The translations under genes and the position numbers were made by a program. 64,000 nucleotides of DNA from the IMG/VR virus record IMGVR_UViG_3300031992_000075; one strand, given 5' to 3'. Source of the DNA: an uncultured virus (IMG/VR IMGVR_UViG_3300031992_000075). Taxonomy: Duplodnaviria > Heunggongvirae > Uroviricota > Caudoviricetes. A model generated the notes under the pieces. It had not been told where the DNA came from. It made no database searches and saw nothing but the letters and a program-made list of their open reading frames with translations. Positions 19,290-28,867 of this stretch are shown piece by piece. Every line of letters starts with the position of its first letter. Positions within the stretch are counted from its first letter, which is position 1.

Positions 19290-19480
19290 AATTTGCTATG
19301 TTGAATGGATGATGATGGGCACGAAACCAGTAGTCCTCGCATAGTGCCACGCGAAAATTCTTTTGTAGCAAATCTGTGTTCTTTTATATAATTATAGACG
19401 GTTTGCTTGGAAACTCCAAGACGTTGTGCCATATCACTCACGCTAACCCATTCCTCATTGTTACTTTCCATCTCCATCAC
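19286..19480 (-). CDS. small HTH (excisionase-like) DNA-binding protein
   Basis: VSVSDMAQRLGVSKQTVYNYIK. Confidence 0.75.
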   Translation of the reverse strand: MMEMESNNEEWVSVSDMAQRLGVSKQTVYNYIKEHRFATKEFSRGTMRGLLVSCPSSSIQHSKL

Positions 19481-20141
19481 TTTCGTTCATTATGTCTTTT
19501 TCTATTGCCACTTGTTGTAGGGCATCTATTTCCTGTTGCATGCGTTCTTCATCTGTTTTCTTTGGGAAAATAACCGTTTCCGAAATTCCCTCAATGTACT
19601 TTTTCATCAGCGTTATCACCTTGTCTACAAATTGCAGGTTTGTGACATCTTCCGTCTTTTCCTCTAGTGTTGCCACCTGCCTTGCTATGTTGTGCAAGTA
19701 TTCCTCGTAGACCATGAATGATGCTACCTCTGTTTCTGCAATTGAATATAGTGGTGAAAAGATATTCATCAGCCACAAGTCAACATACCATGCAAGGTTA
19801 TATTCCAGTTTTTCCTCTTTTGCTTTTAACAATTCAAACAACTTGGAATATGAATACACCGTTTCACCCTTTGCGTCTTTAACCTTGCAATCATTGTTGA
19901 GCGCAATATCAACAAAATGCTCTGCATACATGTAAGGTCTAGATATTCCAGACAGTGTTAGTTTGTCAAACACATGTGAATGCGCGCCAGTCGAAATAAC
20001 GGCATAATCATCGGTAATGGTAATCCGCAGCCCCTTGTCATCAAAATAGATGGACTTGGTGTCTCGTGTCTTTGGAACAAACAGGACAGCGGATTTAATA
20101 CGACGTTCCATTTCACCTTTTGTTTCTTTCTTTTGGTTCAT
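19461..20141 (-). CDS. hypothetical protein
   Basis: ORF, likely start MNQKKE. Confidence 0.75.
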   Translation of the reverse strand: MNQKKETKGEMERRIKSAVLFVPKTRDTKSIYFDDKGLRITITDDYAVISTGAHSHVFDKLTLSGISRPYMYAEHFVDIALNNDCKVKDAKGETVYSYSKLFELLKAKEEKLEYNLAWYVDLWLMNIFSPLYSIAETEVASFMVYEEYLHNIARQVATLEEKTEDVTNLQFVDKVITLMKKYIEGISETVIFPKKTDEERMQQEIDALQQVAIEKDIMNESDGDGK

Positions 20142-20290
20142 ATACTTATGATTATTTTTGTTGTTCGATATGTTTAATTCGTGCCTCGATTTGTTGTACC
20201 ACGTTAGATAGCGATGCCGTGGGGTATTCATTCAGCACATCTTTCAGCACGGCCAGTTGTCCTTTTAGCTTGTGGTATTCGTAATTCATT

Positions 20291-20830
20291 TCAATGTTTT
20301 TTGCTTTCGGAATAAATGTTTAAGAGGCGTAGCTTAATCGTTTCAGCATTTGTAGGTATCTTTCCACGAATAGCATTACGAGAATTATATGCACGCAACC
20401 ATGCCTCGGCCTGCTCTTGATTCGTTATCTCTGGGAATATCCATTCTGGCAATGATTCGTATTCGTTGGTTTCCTCTGTTGTTTCTGTCAGTTCTTTCGC
20501 TTCGTTTGCCAGTATTTCGGCGGCTTTCTTGGATTGCTCATCCAAGTCTGCCTGCTGAATATCCTCGGTGTTCATATAGGCTGGAACAACCAACACTTTT
20601 TCTATTGACACAAAAGGTGACTGGGCGAATGATTTCTTTATCCTTGGCTCTTTATCCTTATCCTTGTCAAAGGTGCAAACGGAATAAGCCAAGCCACCAA
20701 TGGAAAGCTTTACAATAGCAACACCATTCTTAAATGATTCATTTCCATCCCATTCTTTCTTTGGGATAGATGGCAACTGCAAGTAATCGCAGATTTCTTT
20801 TTCAAAAAATATTTTCTCCATATACATCAC
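20291..20830 (-). CDS. hypothetical protein
   Basis: 179 aa; promoter TATCTTTG at 20858-20851 directly upstream. Confidence 0.75.
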   Translation of the reverse strand: MMYMEKIFFEKEICDYLQLPSIPKKEWDGNESFKNGVAIVKLSIGGLAYSVCTFDKDKDKEPRIKKSFAQSPFVSIEKVLVVPAYMNTEDIQQADLDEQSKKAAEILANEAKELTETTEETNEYESLPEWIFPEITNQEQAEAWLRAYNSRNAIRGKIPTNAETIKLRLLNIYSESKKH

Positions 20831-20903
20831 TTGTTTTGATTTTTCAAATGCAAAGATATTAATGATTTTTGAATATGCAAAATATTTTATGTATTTTTAA
20901 ATT

Positions 20904-21137
20904 TTAAATTGTTTCCATCCGTCTTTTTGTTTCCGCAATTACACGTTGTCCTTTTTCAGTTGGATGACCTTTCTTGTCACATTCGACAAATATTTTTAGC
21001 TTATCGTTTATCTTCACCCACCGATAACCGTGCTTTAAAAGTTTCTTTTCTTGCTTCTGCGCTTTTTCCAAGCCCTTACGGTCACTTTCCGTAACCGTAG
21101 GACTTGCACTTTGTGATACCCAGTTCGTTTCGTTCAT
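20904..21137 (-). CDS. hypothetical protein
   Basis: 77-aa ORF, ATGA-coupled. Confidence 0.65.
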   Translation of the reverse strand: MNETNWVSQSASPTVTESDRKGLEKAQKQEKKLLKHGYRWVKINDKLKIFVECDKKGHPTEKGQRVIAETKRRMETI

Positions 21138-22555
21138 AGTTTTGCCATTTCGCGGTTGAACTCGGCACTATCAATCGTGGTCTTGTCACCAATGATAAGT
21201 TGGTGTGCGAAAGGCAACGATTCAATCATTTCGCAAAACGCGCCCCAATCCTCACGAAGAAAATGGTGGCGACGCTGGAAATAGATGGTTTGCAATTGCT
21301 TGTAGTTGGTCGAAATACGCATGAACAACTCAATGCCAAGCGGACAATTGGAAAGCAAACGCATGTAATTGTCGTAGGACTGATGCTCGTTGTATTCGGC
21401 CAAAAGTTTCTTCATTTGTGCCTTGCTTTCGTCCGAAACGTACTCGTTGAAACAAGCATCCATATCCATTTTGGCCAAACGGTGCATCTTACTTGATGAT
21501 GTCACGATGTCGGCAAAGTGATAACGTTGAAATTCGGGCGTAAAGTAGTTCGGGTATTTCATATCGAAAGACACGCGAATACCTGTCAATGCGTTATCGT
21601 GACATTTTACATCGTTGCTATTTCTTGACGCATTAACAAGCCTTACAATACGATTAAAGTCCTTGATTGCCAAACTTAAATCATAATCTGGAATATCAAG
21701 AGTTGTTATCTGTGGCATTTCTATACCATATTCCTCAAACTTATCAATGTTAGGCGAAAATGCTCCAAATAAATCTTTTTCAGCTTTAAGACGTGCTATA
21801 ATTGCATCTTTCTTATCCTTATAATAACCCAAATGTCTTGATACCCCATCAACAACTATGTAAGCCCTCCATGAATTGATGTTTTTTCTAAAACTAACAC
21901 CAACAACATCATTAACCAATGATATTGAACGTTGCTTTCCTCTATTCATTATGTTTTGTGCAAAACTGGATGGTCTAAGGTTCTCTCTTGTGTTGTTTGA
22001 TTTGTCACGGTTTATATGGTCTAACGTATCACAATCAAGTCCAAGGTACTCTTTTAATAAAATGTGAAACAAAACGCCATCAACATTCAAATAGCCTACA
22101 CTTGTGACTTGTAAGTTCTTACCAAACACTAAAGGCAAATCAACTTGGCTTAAAAGTATTGTTCTCGTAATATTTTTTTCACCAGTAATATCAATGCGTA
22201 CATTTTTGTTGTCAATAAGTGTATATACAACATGGTCTTTTATTTCCCCATAACGATATATAGTGTGACAATGCTTACCACAATAATAGTGCATTTTACC
22301 ATCGCTGCATTTTAGACGTTGTACGTGTTCAGAACTGCCACATTTATAGCATGATTGTGGATTGTCTTGACCGCTATTCTTTCCTTGTGGATTGATGTGC
22401 GAAATAAAGTCAGGCAAAAAATCGCCAAAAGATACCCAATACCTCATGTTTTTAACTCTCTCGTCAATTTCATCTTGACTTGTCAACATTGCGTATGACG
22501 AAGCAATTATGCTTTCTGGCAAATCATACACAGAACAATTTGTTATTTCTACCAT
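21134..22555 (-). CDS. divergent ThyX-like protein with in-frame Zn-finger/HNH/AP2 endonuclease insertion
   Basis: Host parts: VYDLPESIIASSYAM (aa 9-23) and HDNALTGIRVSFD..FQRYHF....SSSKMH..TNYKQL.TIY.QRRHH.L.E.W..FC; insert aa ~26-296 has CxxC..C..H, DHINRDKSNN..ENLR and GV......WRAYI.......LG.Y.....A..AR..AE. Confidence 0.7.
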   Translation of the reverse strand: MVEITNCSVYDLPESIIASSYAMLTSQDEIDERVKNMRYWVSFGDFLPDFISHINPQGKNSGQDNPQSCYKCGSSEHVQRLKCSDGKMHYYCGKHCHTIYRYGEIKDHVVYTLIDNKNVRIDITGEKNITRTILLSQVDLPLVFGKNLQVTSVGYLNVDGVLFHILLKEYLGLDCDTLDHINRDKSNNTRENLRPSSFAQNIMNRGKQRSISLVNDVVGVSFRKNINSWRAYIVVDGVSRHLGYYKDKKDAIIARLKAEKDLFGAFSPNIDKFEEYGIEMPQITTLDIPDYDLSLAIKDFNRIVRLVNASRNSNDVKCHDNALTGIRVSFDMKYPNYFTPEFQRYHFADIVTSSSKMHRLAKMDMDACFNEYVSDESKAQMKKLLAEYNEHQSYDNYMRLLSNCPLGIELFMRISTNYKQLQTIYFQRRHHFLREDWGAFCEMIESLPFAHQLIIGDKTTIDSAEFNREMAKL

Positions 22556-22686
22556 TGTATTTCCGAAATTTAATGAGCCGAAAGATTAAAAGTGGGCAGG
22601 GCTTTCGGCATACCTTTTCAAACGAGGGTACTAAGTTCGTTCTATCCCACTTTGCAAAGGTACAAAATTATTTTCTTTTTTGCAAA
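22556..22686 (-). promoter_or_regulatory. promoter plus pseudoknot-like 5' leader
   Basis: TACCTTTG at 22662-22655; stem 22589-22596/22646-22653; 8-bp complement 22577-22584/22602-22609. Confidence 0.6.
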
Positions 22687-22743
22687 TATTTACCAATTTT
22701 TATTTGTTTGTTATTTTACCGTTTGATAATGTTACCATAGTTT

Positions 22744-23214
22744 TTATTTGCTAAAACGTTTACTGATATTTTCGTTCACAGCCTCCTTAATCTTGTCATC
22801 GAGGCGGTCGGTCATTTCCTCAATCTTGGCGATATAGTTCTGATAGGCTCGTTCAAGTTTCGTCTGATAGGCTGCTTTTACCTTCTCCTTGACTTCCTGA
22901 ACGCTGCGGTCTATTTCGTCCGCCCATGCCTTTCTCACGGCAGCTTCGACGCATTGGCGATATTTCTCTTTCAACTTGTAGTAGGATGACCATCCTTGTC
23001 GTGTCTCATCCATGTACTTCTTGTGGAGTTCCATCTGAGCTGTCTCGATAGCCGCTTTGACGGATGCGTCCATGTTCGTTACTACGTTCTTGGTGATTCT
23101 CTTTGAAACACCATCAATAATAGCATTGTGGATTTTGGCTCTTACCTCGTCCGACGAATTGATGATTTCTTCAATCAATTCTTTGTTTTGTAAAGAAATT
23201 GTAACTCTGTCCAT
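22744..23214 (-). CDS. helical/coiled-coil hypothetical protein
   Basis: 156-aa ORF. Confidence 0.75.
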   Translation of the reverse strand: MDRVTISLQNKELIEEIINSSDEVRAKIHNAIIDGVSKRITKNVVTNMDASVKAAIETAQMELHKKYMDETRQGWSSYYKLKEKYRQCVEAAVRKAWADEIDRSVQEVKEKVKAAYQTKLERAYQNYIAKIEEMTDRLDDKIKEAVNENISKRFSK

Positions 23215-23226
23215 AATGTTTTGAAT

Positions 23227-23973
23227 TTATTGTGTTATTTTACCTACCGTTTCATTGGCCTTAAAAGCCTTGAACGGCATTACCTCTGTTCTTTTTTCCA
23301 CCAAGTCACGGATGATAGACGCGGAATAGATGTTGTCTGGGTTTTCGTCGCTAAGACGTTTCGCAACCATCAATGCCGATGCCTTATCCATATCGGTGTT
23401 TACGCTTGTCTGTTTGCCCGTTTTAGGGTCATAGCAAAAGACACCCCAAGTTTCCTTTGGTTCGCCTACAAGTTCGTGATTTAGTTCCGCTTTATAGAAA
23501 GTGAAAACCTTGTCATCGGGTAGGTCGATTCTTATGCAACCCTCGCGTAATGACTTTGTTCTTTGTTCCTCGCCTAATTGCCAAGTTTCGGGCATTTGCA
23601 TCCATTCCATGATATGATGATAAAGGTTTTCGGTTTCAAAGCTAACCTCCTTCCCTGTTTTTCCGTTTGAATAGTAATCAGTCCAGAATTTCATAAACTT
23701 GTCAAATGCCCTTTCAAAGTTGTTCATTTCATGCGCTATGTCGTTTTTTCTTGCGTTTATTTCACTTACAAGATAATCAACACCACCATAGACACGATAA
23801 GCTGATGCAATTGTTGCATGTGACACGCACAATAAGTTTGCGATTCTTTGAAATAGTCCAAGTTCCCTTGCTTTTTCAATGTCAAGTCCGCGAACACCCG
23901 TTGTCTTGATTCTTTTTTGCACATCATCGGCAACGTTAACACTACCGACGATTTCTACGTTTTCACCTATCAT
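23227..23973 (-). CDS. hypothetical protein
   Basis: 248-aa ORF. Confidence 0.8.
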   Translation of the reverse strand: MIGENVEIVGSVNVADDVQKRIKTTGVRGLDIEKARELGLFQRIANLLCVSHATIASAYRVYGGVDYLVSEINARKNDIAHEMNNFERAFDKFMKFWTDYYSNGKTGKEVSFETENLYHHIMEWMQMPETWQLGEEQRTKSLREGCIRIDLPDDKVFTFYKAELNHELVGEPKETWGVFCYDPKTGKQTSVNTDMDKASALMVAKRLSDENPDNIYSASIIRDLVEKRTEVMPFKAFKANETVGKITQ

Positions 23974-24155
23974 TTTTTTGTATTATTATGTTTTGGTTTC
24001 CGATACTTTTGGTTGATTGTTGCAACCCATTTTTTGTACTTCTTTTTTTGTTCCTGCCTTATTCTGTAGTCAACGATGACCGTTTCCACATGGGCAAGGT
24101 CAGTGACCCACCTGCTATATGCAATATTCAGCATAGCTATTTGTTTTGTTTTTGT

Positions 24156-24725
24156 TTAAAATACTTTTTTTATTTCATTAGGTAAATCGCAATCCAACCA
24201 CCATTTAACATTAGGTATATTCCAACCACCTTTGTCATAGGTCTTAGGTGTATAGTGTTCTATTTTTCCCGTAGTAACACTTTTTCCATACCATCCATTA
24301 GGATTAGGTCTATGTGCTATAACTATTTTTAAAAGACTTGGAACATCTACATCTGTAGGAAATGTTTCTTGAAAGGCAACAACCTCTCTGTCTATCTCTG
24401 GTAGTTCATCACCATCGGCGGGTTTCCAAAGGTGATGAACTTTCCACTTAGCACCAGCCTTGAAAGCATTTTTCTTAATATAAGGAGAGCCAACTAATGC
24501 TGATTTACAATAATCTTCTGCTGCTTCTTCCAAATCTTTACTTATGGAAACCTCTTTCACTTCGAGGGTATCGAGGAAGTCGAGTGTTTCTTTGTATGCT
24601 TCTGCCTTGCCTTGATAGTAATCCTTGTTTTCTTTGGTTCTTAAATCCAAAACAACTTTCTTGCAAATATTCCCTCTTTTCTCTATCTTCGCTGCTAAAG
24701 CGGATTTTGGTATGTATTGTTCCAT
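24156..24725 (-). CDS. modular hypothetical protein
   Basis: 189 aa; FLDTLEVKEV, LEEAA, FKAGA.W modules. Confidence 0.75.
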   Translation of the reverse strand: MEQYIPKSALAAKIEKRGNICKKVVLDLRTKENKDYYQGKAEAYKETLDFLDTLEVKEVSISKDLEEAAEDYCKSALVGSPYIKKNAFKAGAKWKVHHLWKPADGDELPEIDREVVAFQETFPTDVDVPSLLKIVIAHRPNPNGWYGKSVTTGKIEHYTPKTYDKGGWNIPNVKWWLDCDLPNEIKKVF

Positions 24726-24728
24726 ATA

Positions 24729-25052
24729 TCATTCATTTTTATAGTGAACTGCCCATTCTTTAAGCCTTACTACTACTCCCGGGTGCTCTTCAAATTCCTC
24801 GTTCGGTTCAAACTTGAGGAAATCACCATGCAGGACAGCCTCACGTATTTTTTCGTCGCAACCGCTTTTAATAAACACGTCCCTATCCCAATACAAGCCG
24901 TAATGCGAATATTCAAAACGGCTGTTGCACATATCTGCTATCAGCGCATTCAGTTTATCCCTATCCTCTTCGTTCTTTATGGGAATAAGTGAATTTAACT
25001 GTTTGCACAACGCTTCCATTCTACTTAGATAAGCTTTTTCTTCTTGTGTCAT
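24729..25052 (-). CDS. hypothetical protein (MTQEE start family)
   Basis: start ATGACACAAGAAGA. Confidence 0.7.
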   Translation of the reverse strand: MTQEEKAYLSRMEALCKQLNSLIPIKNEEDRDKLNALIADMCNSRFEYSHYGLYWDRDVFIKSGCDEKIREAVLHGDFLKFEPNEEFEEHPGVVVRLKEWAVHYKNE

Positions 25053-25056
25053 AACT

Positions 25057-25407
25057 TTATTTTTTATAAGGGTTATGTTCTTCTGTAACTTCAATAGCAA
25101 GACCTATTTCAATAAGTCCACGATAATCAAAATGGTGAGCATTAAGCCAATCAAAAAGAGCTGTTTGTTGGTGAATAGTATAGCCTCTTGTCATAGTATC
25201 AAAAGTATGCCTCTCTTCCTCAGTCATATCTACCATTGACCTAAGATATGGTTTTACATCATCAATATTATAAGAAGCATTTACCCAACCAGTATCAACT
25301 CCCAATTCAAGTAAAATATCCTCTTCTCCATTTACATTAATTTTAACCTTATAGGGCAATCTTGCGCTCAAATCACGCAAAAGTAAATCTTTGTCTTCTT
25401 GTGTCAT
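25057..25407 (-). CDS. hypothetical protein (MTQE start family)
   Basis: MTQEDKDLLLRDLSARLPY..KPYLR.M..MTEEE..DWLNAHHFDYRGLI. Confidence 0.8.
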   Translation of the reverse strand: MTQEDKDLLLRDLSARLPYKVKINVNGEEDILLELGVDTGWVNASYNIDDVKPYLRSMVDMTEEERHTFDTMTRGYTIHQQTALFDWLNAHHFDYRGLIEIGLAIEVTEEHNPYKK

Positions 25408-25409
25408 AG

Positions 25410-25670
25410 TTATTCTCTTTTTGCCATTTTAAGAAAACTTTTTAAAACTAAATCAGCATTTATTTCTTCTGCTTCACTTCTATTTTCAATATAATGTTTA
25501 TCCAAAAAATCAGATAGCCAAATATATACTTTATCAATTTCAACTAAGTCTTTCCTTGGGTGTTTATCGGCCCATTCAGCACCTAAACGAAATTCAGTAT
25601 TACCTCTTTCTCCAACCCATTCATAAGATGCTTCACCAATTTCGTAGTATCTTTCTTCTTCTTGTGTCAT
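25410..25670 (-). CDS. hypothetical protein (MTQEE start family)
   Basis: GAEWADKHP module. Confidence 0.7.
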   Translation of the reverse strand: MTQEEERYYEIGEASYEWVGERGNTEFRLGAEWADKHPRKDLVEIDKVYIWLSDFLDKHYIENRSEAEEINADLVLKSFLKMAKRE

Positions 25671-25777
25671 AATACTCCTGCTTCTTCTAAAATATCTACT
25701 TCACTTGCATGTAATCTATACACCCTCATTTTTCTAAGAGTTTCTTGTCTTCTTTTTTCTCTCTCTTCTTGTGTCAT
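25667..25777 (-). CDS. 36-aa protein (MTQEE start family), not in ORF track
   Basis: MTQEEREKRRQETLRKMRVYRLHASEVDILEEAGVL*, ATGA overlap with next gene. Confidence 0.55.
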   Translation of the reverse strand: MTQEEREKRRQETLRKMRVYRLHASEVDILEEAGVL

Positions 25778-26362
25778 AACTTATTCTCCTTTTAAATTTC
25801 TTTCAAGTTCGATAAGATAAACATAAGAATCTGGCTTTGTTTTCTTGACATAGCACTCTGGATTTGGGTAAGAATAAAATCCTGCGCATTTCCTATAAAG
25901 CCTAGCACAACCTTTACAATAGCCTTCATCTCTTTTTTGCTTTCTTATTCATGTAATTTATTGTATATGTCAAAACTAAAAACAATTGGAAAATAAAGCA
26001 TTCCAAAGGTTAAAGCATATAAAACTATAAGAACTCTAATCCAAATGGAGTCTTCTTCATAAACTCCAAGAGCATTTACCATATATCCAAAAGCAGACAA
26101 CATATAGAATGCTAATACCAATATTTCAAACAGTGTCATAATTATAAAGGTTTTTATATTTGCCATCATATAGTCTTAATATATCTCCACATTCAGCAAC
26201 ATCACTTCCTCCATCTTCGTAATGATATTGGAAAAATGTATGCTCATTATGGTTAAGAGGATAATGGACGTTAATATCAACTATTTTATGTGGTCTTTTA
26301 TCACCGTCCATACGCATTACTATGTCACCTATCTTAAAACCCATAACTACAAAGTTGTGCTT

Positions 26363-27505
26363 TTAAGTGTATCTGTCTTTGAGGGACTTTAACCATTCAA
26401 CATATTCATCACGATTGTTGCCAATCCTGTCATTTGCTAACGCGTAAATTAGATTATTAAGTATTGTTTCATCCTCTTCACTTAGCTTTTGTTGTGGCTG
26501 TGGTTGTACTCTGTCTTTAAGGGATTTGAGCCAATTTATTCTATCCTTTTTTGCATCTTCGCTGATGTATTTGATATTCTCAATGTCCCTAATAATTGCT
26601 TTGAAAAAGGTATCATCCTCTTCACTCCAAACAGTCTTTTGTTTGCCTTTCTTAATCAAGACACTATCACCTTTTATTTCAGCATGGAAACCTTTAGGAA
26701 TGTTGTAGATAACCTCTTGAAGTTCACTATCTTTTGCACCAAATGGAATTTCTATTTCATTCTCAATCTTCTTCAATTCTTTCTTTCCAGCATCCCATTC
26801 ATAACCTGCTTCGTGCATCTTTGTAAAAAGTAGGTTACGCTGTTCTTTGGTGGATGGATATACCTGTTCATGATAAAGATTTGACCAATGTAATTCTTCA
26901 CCTTCACTATCAACGAACCTATCAAAGAATATATCTTTATGATTTGTATATCCACAATAGCAATAGATATGATTGTCCTTACATTCTTTAAATATAAATG
27001 GCATTTCTCCATTTTGATTTACAAGCACATCGCCATCTTTTGCATCTTGGATTGTCCAAAGATGATATTTCTCCTCATTGTCAAATGATATAGACTTTGA
27101 ATAATTATCCTTATTAACTACACTATAGCCGCAAGAACCAATACTTGTAACCTTAAATACAAAATTTGCCGTATTATGAGAAATCCAATCGCCAATCTTA
27201 AACTTTGGTTCAACCTTATCAGTAGGCTTCTGTTCACCTTGTTTTTCAAGCCAAGCAATCCAAACATTATAAGTTTCTGGTAGCTTTATTGGAGACATAT
27301 TACCAACTTTCCACTCTTGTAATTCACGCAAATGATGCAAGAGGCCTTTTCTTATCCTCTCATCCTCGCCCTCTTTGAGTTCTGGGAATATTTCATCTAT
27401 AGTATCACTTAATGGTGAAAATCTACAAGAAAACTTTAAGTCTTTTAATCTTTCAATTAACCCATCATAGGCTTTTGCTTTTTCTTCTATTGATAGTTCT
27501 TTCAT
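26363..27505 (-). CDS. modular hypothetical protein with repeated SEEDE/WLKSLKDR units
   Basis: 380 aa; EEKAKAYD, AWLEKQGEQKP, HLWTIQDAKDGDVL, two (W/L)SEED..WLKSLKDR repeats. Confidence 0.8.
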   Translation of the reverse strand: MKELSIEEKAKAYDGLIERLKDLKFSCRFSPLSDTIDEIFPELKEGEDERIRKGLLHHLRELQEWKVGNMSPIKLPETYNVWIAWLEKQGEQKPTDKVEPKFKIGDWISHNTANFVFKVTSIGSCGYSVVNKDNYSKSISFDNEEKYHLWTIQDAKDGDVLVNQNGEMPFIFKECKDNHIYCYCGYTNHKDIFFDRFVDSEGEELHWSNLYHEQVYPSTKEQRNLLFTKMHEAGYEWDAGKKELKKIENEIEIPFGAKDSELQEVIYNIPKGFHAEIKGDSVLIKKGKQKTVWSEEDDTFFKAIIRDIENIKYISEDAKKDRINWLKSLKDRVQPQPQQKLSEEDETILNNLIYALANDRIGNNRDEYVEWLKSLKDRYT

Positions 27506-28023
27506 GACTCTTCTTTATTTAGTAAATCTATTATTTCACTTGGGTTTTTACCACTTGCTTTTGCCACATACAAAGCGAATAAAACACCATATCCGTTTAA
27601 TACCTTCTTGTCTTTGTCCATAATCACAACATTTTAAGTTTATTGAGTTTAATCATGTTCGCTTTCCATCATCATTCACTTTGTCTGCATCCTGCACATA
27701 TCGTTTTTGCGAGGTACATTTTCGTATAACACCATCACTGGAATTTTTATCCCTTTTGGTGTACCTTTCACATGTATTTTTTACAGAACATTGTTCGCCT
27801 TTACAATAAATCATCATTCTGCTAAGTTTTTAAACACACCACCATTCTGCACAAAGTTAATCGTAGGCACTTCAAAGTAGTTTATTCGATTATGCACAAA
27901 AGGCTTTTTAATCGTGAACATATAACCAAACTTCTCGTCAACAAGCACAGTGTGCTTGGGGAATCTCAGTTCCCTTTCAAGCGCACTGTGTGAATGTAAA
28001 GTCAATAATCCGTGGCTCATACC

Positions 28024-28836
28024 TTACTTCTCCTCTTTGTTAAAATCAGCAAACGTTTCAGCGACTTTTTTTGCCTTTTCTTCATCCACCATAGTCGTAG
28101 AATGTGGATTGTCAACATAGTCAATATCATCAACCTCAATGGCATCAATATCCTCAACGCTTTCCATCTGTGCAAAATCACCTTTGACAACGCCTTGGTC
28201 GAACTTAATAGCACGCTGCATTTCTATTGATAGGATTCCATACTTTGACAACAAAAGCTTTAGCACGGTCTTTAAACACATTGCCTCTGGATTGTCTTTC
28301 CATACACCATTGTTGAATGACTTGCTATAACGCTTTCCATGTGCCATCGCCTCGTCATACGACATGTAGAAATATTTTTCATAGCCACCAATGGTGCGAA
28401 AGAAAGCCATAAAGCCAATAACCTTGTCACTTGTTCGCTTGCTTGCATCAAAGACATATTCATCTGTGAATGGGTCATATTTCACCAATTCTCCTTCATG
28501 TACCACGGCATTTGTAATCTTTGCATACTGGCCACTGCGGATAGCCAATTGGAGCAATCCTTTTGTCATAATCTGGAACTGAGCCATGCGGCCATAAGGA
28601 ACAATTGCCGCAAATCCTAGATTGGGATTAATAGGTAGGTCAAGTGATGCTGCAACCATTGCACTAGAATAAATTGTCGTAGGCTCTGCATTCTGCAATA
28701 GTCTGTTGTTATTGACTACTGAAAGAACACTGGTTACAAAGCCCTGTGCTTTTTGGCCAAGCATAGCCTGTAGATTCTTTTTTACTGCATCGTTGTCAAA
28801 ATACCCCTTTAGGGCTACCAAATTTGTATTTGCCAT
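28024..28836 (-). CDS. recT: RecT-family ssDNA annealing recombinase
   Basis: AASLDLPINPNLGFAAIVPY, QFQI..KGLLQLAIRSGQY, W......M..KTVLK.LL.KYGILS. Confidence 0.9.
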   Translation of the reverse strand: MANTNLVALKGYFDNDAVKKNLQAMLGQKAQGFVTSVLSVVNNNRLLQNAEPTTIYSSAMVAASLDLPINPNLGFAAIVPYGRMAQFQIMTKGLLQLAIRSGQYAKITNAVVHEGELVKYDPFTDEYVFDASKRTSDKVIGFMAFFRTIGGYEKYFYMSYDEAMAHGKRYSKSFNNGVWKDNPEAMCLKTVLKLLLSKYGILSIEMQRAIKFDQGVVKGDFAQMESVEDIDAIEVDDIDYVDNPHSTTMVDEEKAKKVAETFADFNKEEK

Positions 28837-28867
28837 AATCTTAAAAATTTGAATTTAAATATTAGTT

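Noticed and set aside
21670..22480. Intein or group I intron around the HNH-AP2 insert
   Set aside because: No intein terminal motifs or room for a Hint domain; the frame is open through both junctions with no evident intron core. A formal search is still needed.
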